Assembly (NCBI GenBank): GCA_964354495.1
Contig: CAYHAA010000006.1
Span: forward strand, 120,001-152,000
Direction: 5' to 3'
Length of the DNA stretch: 32,000 nt
DNA from: an uncultured archaeon
GTDB lineage: Archaea; Asgardarchaeota; Thorarchaeia; Thorarchaeales; Thorarchaeaceae
Position numbers and translations under genes: made by a program. The notes beneath the pieces were generated by a model. That model saw only the letters and a program-made list of their open reading frames with translations, searched no databases and was not told where the DNA came from. This document shows, in pieces, positions 26,026 through 32,000 of the stretch (the stretch's first letter is position 1; every line of letters starts with the position of its first letter).

Positions 26026-26711
26026 GGCTTCTCTCCCCCTTTGAGAATCTCGACTCCTGGGCTCACAAACTCAGGTTGTCTTCTCTTTATACTTCTCTCA
26101 ATGAGATGAGCCGGCAGTTCGTGAATCGCGCTCTCTACCAATTCCTTCTCAATCCCTAACAACAATCCGATATGCACCATTGCTACTGGTGAACGCAGTT
26201 CCATTGGATGTGCAGCACCACTTGACAGGACTACTCCCATTCCTGCATCCACTGCTGTGGCTACAGTTTCACGATACGTCTTCAGAATCTTGGATCTCTG
26301 TAGCCCTGAGGAGTGCAGAAGTGGCGCAACCTGAATCTCAAGAGCTATTGCAGAACTTGAGGCAAGAGATGCAGTCGTCTCACGAAGCTTATGTTCCTTT
26401 GATGGATCAAACATGAGCAAGTCGACTTTCTGGTCTTCTACTGCCCAATTAGTGGTGTCGATTGACCCCAGCTGGGTTGCAACGATAATTGCACTCTTCC
26501 TGACCCTTTGAATCTGGTTTCTCAATGAGTTGATCCCTTTTCCTGTGAGATTGACTCTCCGATAGACCGTGATCCCTTCTGGAATCTCTGTCACAGGCTG
26601 GTCCATGACCCCTGAAATTGCAATTCCAGTGAACCCGATCTGATGTGCCAATCTTCCAAACGAACCAATATCCTTCATGTCTGGAATATTGACACCAATA
26701 TCGACAGCCAT
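26022..26711 (-). CDS. rnp3: RNase P protein component 3 (Rpp30)
   Basis: PHP-like fold with VDLL, ALEI...PLL and VVLSSGA....ELRSP. Synteny supports the call. Confidence 0.88.
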   Translation of the reverse strand: MAVDIGVNIPDMKDIGSFGRLAHQIGFTGIAISGVMDQPVTEIPEGITVYRRVNLTGKGINSLRNQIQRVRKSAIIVATQLGSIDTTNWAVEDQKVDLLMFDPSKEHKLRETTASLASSSAIALEIQVAPLLHSSGLQRSKILKTYRETVATAVDAGMGVVLSSGAAHPMELRSPVAMVHIGLLLGIEKELVESAIHELPAHLIERSIKRRQPEFVSPGVEILKGGEKP

Positions 26712-26715
26712 TAGA

Positions 26716-27174
26716 TTAACCTCCAGCAGCCCGAAGCTGATTCTCGATCATGAGCCTCAGTTCTTCCCGTTTACAGCGTGGATATTGCTTGAAGTGAAAT
26801 CTTGCACTGACCACATCAGAGCCATCAGCCAACTTCATCATACCTAGGAATGCAGCCTGCTTATCAATCCTAAGAAATAAGATGCACTTGTCATCTAGTC
26901 TGATGTCCAGCGAGCGTTCCAGTGCTCGAAGGCTGTGGCTGTCCATCTGCTCTAGCACGTAGTTCAGTACCTCTTCACAGTCTTCTTGACCCTTCAAAGT
27001 CGCCGATATGACTACAATCGCGTCGCCTGCCTGTCCCTCGGCATTGGACATAGAAACTGACACCTTCTGTCTTAGACGCTCTGGAAAGATGAACATAATC
27101 GAGGCTGCGACCCTATCAGAGACCTCTGTTGCCCGGGCGTAGGCACGGGCTTCAATCTTAGTTACGAACGGCAT
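26716..27174 (-). CDS. COG1325-type predicted RNA-binding (exosome-associated) protein
   Basis: A.ATE...RV and LFLRIDKQAA..G motifs. Canonical position between eL15 and Rpp30. Confidence 0.82.
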   Translation of the reverse strand: MPFVTKIEARAYARATEVSDRVAASIMFIFPERLRQKVSVSMSNAEGQAGDAIVVISATLKGQEDCEEVLNYVLEQMDSHSLRALERSLDIRLDDKCILFLRIDKQAAFLGMMKLADGSDVVSARFHFKQYPRCKREELRLMIENQLRAAGG

Positions 27175-27203
27175 AGCCGCTCCCTCAGAATCACGAACTG
27201 AAG

Positions 27204-27788
27204 CTACTTTGCTAGGTTACCCCTTGCTCCGATTGAAGGCCTGATATGTTCAGCCCCTCTGCCCTTCCTATAGAGTCCTCTACTTCTCTTGCCAGCAGCT
27301 GTTAGGCCTCTATTATCTCGCCCCTTCTGTGTTGCACTGCAGATCCAGTTGATGTTGGGGTCATTATATATGACTGGATGACTAGGATCTACCAGAATGA
27401 CCTCGTGCCAAATCCATTTGTGGTCTTCTCCGACCCAGTATGAGTTCAGTACTCGTAGGTTCGGATACTTCTTGCCTACTCGTTCTTCAGCAATCCATTG
27501 CCTCGATTTCTGAGGCGTGTACCGTGTGATACCGGCGCTTCTCGGCTTTCGGCCGCCGTGTGGATGGGGCTTTTCACGTGGGCCACGACCAGTTTTAATT
27601 CGTACCATGACATAGCCTTGCTTGGCCTTGTAACCAAGTTCTCGTGCGCGGCCAAGTCTGGTTGGTCTCTCAAGTTTGACCATACTACTTAGCTTTCTCC
27701 AGACTAGTAGTCTACTTCTCACAATCTCAGAGCGTTCCTTTTGCTCTTCTACCCATGTATCACTCATGTGTCTGTACGCGTTTGGCAT
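27204..27788 (-). CDS. rpl15e: 50S ribosomal protein eL15
   Basis: RPTRLGRAR.LGYKAKQG, VLNSYWVGED, GLT.AGK.SRGL. Confidence 0.98.
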   Translation of the reverse strand: MPNAYRHMSDTWVEEQKERSEIVRSRLLVWRKLSSMVKLERPTRLGRARELGYKAKQGYVMVRIKTGRGPREKPHPHGGRKPRSAGITRYTPQKSRQWIAEERVGKKYPNLRVLNSYWVGEDHKWIWHEVILVDPSHPVIYNDPNINWICSATQKGRDNRGLTAAGKRSRGLYRKGRGAEHIRPSIGARGNLAK

Positions 27789-27797
27789 TGAATGTAT

Positions 27798-27918
27798 CCA
27801 TCCTTTGTCGTAATAGATTCACTTTGTTTGTGGTTCAGCCTCAGAGGGCCACATCCCGCGCGGACGTATCCGCCAACACAAAGGAATGGTCTGGTCACGG
27901 TATTCATACCGGACCAGA
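27798..27918 (-). ncRNA. Candidate structured leader RNA upstream of rpl15e
   Basis: 13-bp hairpin (27890-27918), GCGGA-UACG-UCCGC hairpin, and an enclosing stem with an alternative pairing onto the RBS. All pairings are manual. Confidence 0.45.
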
Positions 27919-27981
27919 TACTCCCAAAGAGATTCGCTTAAAGATGTAACGTTCTGGATGTCTCGATGCATGATTTGGATG

Positions 27982-28893
27982 CTACTTGAGTCCATTAATG
28001 ACCTTCTGAACAGTCAGCTCTCCGATTCTCACCTGTCCCTCTTCAGTGGACGATGACAGATGTGGGGATGCTACGACCTTCGGATGTTTCACTAATTGCC
28101 AGTCAGTGGGTGGTTCATTCTCGAAGACGTCAAGTCCTGCACCTGCGATCAGGCCTGCATTCAGGGCATCTAGAAGCGCCTTTTCGTCAACCACGCCGCC
28201 TCGTGCTGTGTTGATGAGGAATGCTGTCTTCTTCATCTTCTTGAGCTCTTTCTCTGCAATCATTCCCTTAGTCTGGGGCAGCATAGGCACGTGGAGTGTG
28301 ATGTAGTCCGCCTTCTCCAAAATAGTGTTCAGGTCAGATTTCTTGGCTCCAATCTCTTTACACGCCTTACTGATGTCGATGACATCATATGCAAGAACAT
28401 TCATGCCAAAGGCCTTCGCTCTCTTCCCGACTTCCATTCCAATCCTGCCAAGTCCCACTATACCAATGGTCTTCTGCCAGAGCTCAGTTCCGCTGAGTTT
28501 CTTCTTATCCCAACGTCCGGCCTTCATCGAGCTGTCTGCCTGTGTGATATTTCTGGCCAGTGATAGCATCAACGAGAAGACCATCTCTGCAACCGAAACA
28601 CTTGGAGCCTCCGGAGTGTTCTGAACCACCACTCCTTTTGCGTCTGCTGCCTTCTTGTCCACATTGTCAAGACCTACACCTGCCCTGACCACAAGCTTCA
28701 GCTTGTCTGCAGCATCGATCACCTCTTTGGTAATCTTGGTCGCACTTCTCACAACAACACAGTCGAATCCTTTGATTTGCTTCTCAATGGGTCCGTCCTT
28801 CTCCGCATTTCTTACAACAACTTCGAGTCCTGCAGCCTTGATTTTGGCTACTGCAGACTCCTCAATTGGGTCAGCAATAAGTACGCGTTTCAT
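27982..28893 (-). CDS. D-2-hydroxyacid / D-3-phosphoglycerate dehydrogenase (short form, no ACT domain)
   Basis: RAGVGLDNVD, GIVGLGRIG, NTARGG, LDVF..EP and SPH catalytic motifs. Confidence 0.92.
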   Translation of the reverse strand: MKRVLIADPIEESAVAKIKAAGLEVVVRNAEKDGPIEKQIKGFDCVVVRSATKITKEVIDAADKLKLVVRAGVGLDNVDKKAADAKGVVVQNTPEAPSVSVAEMVFSLMLSLARNITQADSSMKAGRWDKKKLSGTELWQKTIGIVGLGRIGMEVGKRAKAFGMNVLAYDVIDISKACKEIGAKKSDLNTILEKADYITLHVPMLPQTKGMIAEKELKKMKKTAFLINTARGGVVDEKALLDALNAGLIAGAGLDVFENEPPTDWQLVKHPKVVASPHLSSSTEEGQVRIGELTVQKVINGLK

Positions 28894-29019
28894 CAGTATA
28901 ACCCCTAATGGATGATGTGTTCTGCGGTCCCTAGCTTGGTCTTAAACCTAATGACATTGACATAACACAAATTCGAGGAGAAACGACATTTTCTTAACGG
29001 CCAGAGTAAAACACACGGT

Positions 29020-29556
29020 ATGAAACGCGAGATCACTCCAACCACTGCGCTGGTCCCATGCCCCGTTGTCCTGTTAAGCGTGTCCGGACCTGATAGACCC
29101 AATATTATCACTCTATCATGGGCTGCGAATGTCTGTAGCAATCCTCCCACGATGGTCGTCGGGATGCGACCGGAGCGATACAGCTACACTCTCATAAAGA
29201 GTGCAGGAGAGTTTGTCCTGAACATCCCATCAACAGACCTGATAGAGGGTACGGCATTTGCTGGAACCAAATCTGGCCGTGAATATGACAAGTTTTCGGA
29301 ATGCGGATTCACGCCCGAGCCCGCATCAAAGGTCGCTGCGCCGATGATCAAGGAGTGTCCAATCAATATTGAGTGCAGAATTCGGAACGTAGTCCCATTG
29401 GGTGCACATGACCTATTCATTGTAGATGTACTATCTGTACACATAGATGAATCAGTCCTCGGCGAGAATGGACGCCTTGATGCCTCCAAGGCTAGACTGT
29501 TCACATATCTGCCATTGAATGGACAATATTGGACACTAGGAAAGAAGCTCCGTTGA
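29020..29556 (+). CDS. Flavin reductase-like protein (DIM6/NTAB family)
   Basis: P.PVVL.S, N.I..SW, GEFVLNIP, P.IKECP..IEC, G.HDLFI. Confidence 0.9.
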   Translation: MKREITPTTALVPCPVVLLSVSGPDRPNIITLSWAANVCSNPPTMVVGMRPERYSYTLIKSAGEFVLNIPSTDLIEGTAFAGTKSGREYDKFSECGFTPEPASKVAAPMIKECPINIECRIRNVVPLGAHDLFIVDVLSVHIDESVLGENGRLDASKARLFTYLPLNGQYWTLGKKLR

Positions 29557-29588
29557 ACAATGCCTTTTCGGGTCCGCTCGAATAGGTA

Positions 29589-30806
29589 TCACTTCTGTCC
29601 CTTGGCACTGACAATCCTGATGACGTCACGGTCCTTCAGGACGTGCTTATCTGAGATTCTCATCTTTGTTCGGGCATCCACTCCATGCACAAACGACTCC
29701 ATGAGGTCGGTGTGGATAAATCCCGCGAATTCTTTTGCGGTGGTCCCTTCGGGCACAAGATAGACATCTGGCAGTACATTGTCATCGCTATCTGTGAGTG
29801 TATTTGAATCATAGACTGGATACACCGTGATCATATGAAGATAATCGAATACTGCTTTGTTCAACAGGTTCTGAACACCGGTACCACCGAACTTCTGCAG
29901 AATGTGTTCTTTGAGCTTCTGTAACTGAGCAGTTTCTTTCTCCTTCAGGCTATCTGGTTGAAGTATCTCGAAATCATCGCTTCCGGGGATGTATTTGATT
30001 ACACCCTTCTTATCGAGGTCTTTCAGAACCTTCTCCGCAAGGGCGCTGACCGGGACCACGAGATAGTCAGGGAACTCCTTCTGTAGCCGTTTCATATTCT
30101 CCTCAGCTCCTGGTCTGTCAATCTTGTTTGCCGCTATGATGATTGGCTTGGCTGCCTTCTGCAGTGATTTGACAAATTCTCGTAGTTGGTCCTCAGTCCA
30201 GCTATCAACTGTTTCCGACTTCAAATCGGATTGTCGCATTGCCTTGAGTATCTGACCCCGTGTGATGTTGAGACCAGACAGCTTCTCAAGAAGCAGCTCC
30301 TCTAGTTTCGCTCCCTCTGCTCTGACTCTTCCAGTGATTCTTCGCCAATCCTTTGTGACTATTCCACGTATCCATTCTACAAGCTCATCCTCAAGGAAGC
30401 TTACATCTTCTGCAGGGTCATGAGTACCTGCGGCAACCTCCTGTCCCTCCGAGTCTAGGGCACCACTCGCATCCACAATATGAACAAGCACGTCAGCCTG
30501 CCTGAGATCATCAAGGAACTGGTTTCCCATACCTCTTCCTTCGTGGGCACCAGGTACTAGGCCCGCAACATCAATCAGCTTGATTGGAACAAGACGTACT
30601 CCATCAATGCAGATTGAGTTCTTAGGATTGTCCTGAACACCAAAATCCCTGCACGCACAGGCCGTCCTCACATGGGTCACTCCAACATTGGCATCTATGG
30701 TGGTAAAGGGGTAGCTTCCCACCTTGAAATCGGTCATACATGCAGCATTTGTGAAAGATGTCTTGCCAGAGGACGGTTTCCCAACTATTCCGACACTGAA
30801 TCCCAT
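29589..30806 (-). CDS. ychF: Obg-family YchF/Ola1-like NTPase with TGS domain
   Basis: GKPSSGKTS P-loop, YPFTT, DVAGL, NKID and C-terminal TGS (IHTDL...D.DVI). Start placed at ATG 30806. Confidence 0.9.
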   Translation of the reverse strand: MGFSVGIVGKPSSGKTSFTNAACMTDFKVGSYPFTTIDANVGVTHVRTACACRDFGVQDNPKNSICIDGVRLVPIKLIDVAGLVPGAHEGRGMGNQFLDDLRQADVLVHIVDASGALDSEGQEVAAGTHDPAEDVSFLEDELVEWIRGIVTKDWRRITGRVRAEGAKLEELLLEKLSGLNITRGQILKAMRQSDLKSETVDSWTEDQLREFVKSLQKAAKPIIIAANKIDRPGAEENMKRLQKEFPDYLVVPVSALAEKVLKDLDKKGVIKYIPGSDDFEILQPDSLKEKETAQLQKLKEHILQKFGGTGVQNLLNKAVFDYLHMITVYPVYDSNTLTDSDDNVLPDVYLVPEGTTAKEFAGFIHTDLMESFVHGVDARTKMRISDKHVLKDRDVIRIVSAKGQK

Positions 30807-31182
30807 GTTCAATCTCTCCGTTGATAGAGTTTCCATTCTCATACTAAGAGATAAACACTTCACTTCTTGAGGCATCTCTTGAGAGCATAACAGACGGTAT
30901 GCTCGACTAAGTCATGGTAACTCTCAACAGATAAGGTCACGATCAGGAAACTCACATCTTGATGAGGCTTAGCATACGGCCATGACCATTTGTTAAGTAT
31001 GAAATCACTTGGTTCTAGCTTCCCTTTGCTTCCACTGCAAGCAATGAGATGTTCCCTGTATTACTCACAATTTAGAGCCCGTCTAGACGCCATAGAATCA
31101 GACCTACAGGACTCTGTATCATTCGAACCTCCCTTATATACAGAGAACGGGATAGGTTACTTCGGAGAGGATCACTATTCAG

Positions 31183-31596
31183 TTGGACTATTCGGCCCGG
31201 ATTGATGCTATCATCGACTATGTGATTAGAAGGCCTGCCATTCCGCGTTGGTGGGACCCAGTGTCACGACCTCATGTGGCTGTGCTGATGCCAGACCCAG
31301 TCTCTGGAGCTGAGATCCGGTATTATCTATCCCGATGTGGTGAGAGGAGGTCCAACGGTCGGTCTGTTCTTGATGTCGTGAGTATTGATGGCCTTCCCGA
31401 GGGAACTCTGCTAGAGGTACGCTTCAATGCAACTAAGGCCAATCTCTACATGCTGGAACGCGTGGGAACCATTCCGTGCTGGCGGTGGCTTGGTCGAAGC
31501 CAAGGTCTTCCAGACTTCAATACCGATGACTCAGTCTACTGGGACCACGTATTAGACACTGGCACCTACACACCGCGTGACATGATTCTTGCCTGA
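31183..31596 (+). CDS. Hypothetical protein (137 aa)
   Basis: Preceded by TTATATA (31134-40) and GGAGAGG (31164-70). No family recognised. Confidence 0.55.
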   Translation: MDYSARIDAIIDYVIRRPAIPRWWDPVSRPHVAVLMPDPVSGAEIRYYLSRCGERRSNGRSVLDVVSIDGLPEGTLLEVRFNATKANLYMLERVGTIPCWRWLGRSQGLPDFNTDDSVYWDHVLDTGTYTPRDMILA

Positions 31597-31624
31597 AGCA
31601 TGCTGACGATTGATTCAGATGTCC

Positions 31625-31999
31625 TCACTGAATCAGGACTAAGAGATGCTTGACATCATTGCCTGTCTTCTCATTAATGACATCTACGAGCTGCTCGAGA
31701 AGGTGTTTTATGTTCTCCCCACCAATATCAACTATTGCTCCGTTTGAGCTGACGAGGTTCACATGTGGAGTAGGGTTCAATTCAAACCGTGTCTCTCCTA
31801 GATAAGAGAAGCTACGCAGCAGTCCTAGTTCCTCGAATGTAGCGAGGTTCTTCAGTACGGTAGACTGGCTTACGGTCGCATGTCTGTTCCTGAATATCTC
31901 ATAGATTTCAGAGAATGAGGGATGGTTCCTCCCATACTCTTCAAGAATCCGTACCAGTTCAAGTCGTTGAGGCGTGAGGCGCAGTCCATTTTCTCTGAG
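31625..31999 (-). CDS. Fur-family transcriptional regulator, 5'-truncated by the window edge (not in the ORF track)
   Basis: Manual translation: LRENGLRLTPQRLELVRILEEYGRNHPSFSEIYEIF...VSQSTVLKNL..FEELGLL...ETRFELNPTPHVNLVSS...LIQ*. Confidence 0.88.
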   Translation of the reverse strand, partial: LRENGLRLTPQRLELVRILEEYGRNHPSFSEIYEIFRNRHATVSQSTVLKNLATFEELGLLRSFSYLGETRFELNPTPHVNLVSSNGAIVDIGGENIKHLLEQLVDVINEKTGNDVKHLLVLIQ

Positions 32000-32000
32000 T

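Noticed and set aside
27798-27918. tRNA, RNase P RNA or SRP RNA in the structured gap
   Set aside because: No cloverleaf or T-loop consensus, no RNase P P4 signatures, and the region is too short.
237-29763. Numerous 60-230 aa ORFs antisense or off-frame to recognised genes (e.g. 5092-5784, 1775-2392, 15267-15773)
   Set aside because: Shadow ORFs of well-supported CDSs with no motifs.
30990-31205. 71-aa ORF as the frameshifted 5' half of the 31183 gene
   Set aside because: No homology evidence, and the 31183 ORF has its own TATA and RBS inside this ORF.

Overview
Archaeal chromosomal window. An Asgard/Thorarchaeia-like origin is my inference from gene content, not a database result. Layout: (1) 1-7200, a conserved information-processing operon: METTL5-like methylase, Csl4, RpoL, RNase III-like protein, TFS, RPA3-like OB protein, two tandem PCNA paralogs, PriS with two Zn-ribbon inserts, GINS51 and two unknowns. 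(2) 7300-15700, a heterodisulfide-reductase-like cluster: hdrC, hdrB, a short HdrA, an HdrA-MvhD fusion and an unusual 754-aa helical/2x winged-helix/2x[4Fe-4S] protein, followed by an acyl-CoA dehydrogenase. (3) 15800-24700, accessory genes: divergent Fpg/Nei glycosylase, cupin, His-rich MFS, two GNATs, FTR1 iron permease and an HD protein. This part includes a 2,075-bp insertion that splits a resident mvhD between codons 10 and 11 and carries a surface protein, an intact diverged mvhD and a PIN toxin-antitoxin pair. (4) 24800-32000: Lrp, JAMM protease, the eL15-COG1325-Rpp30-Pop5 operon with a structured, possibly two-state leader, a SerA-like dehydrogenase, flavin reductase, YchF-family NTPase, an unknown ORF and a 5'-truncated Fur-like regulator absent from the ORF track. 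No rRNA, tRNA, CRISPR array, integrase or transposase was seen.
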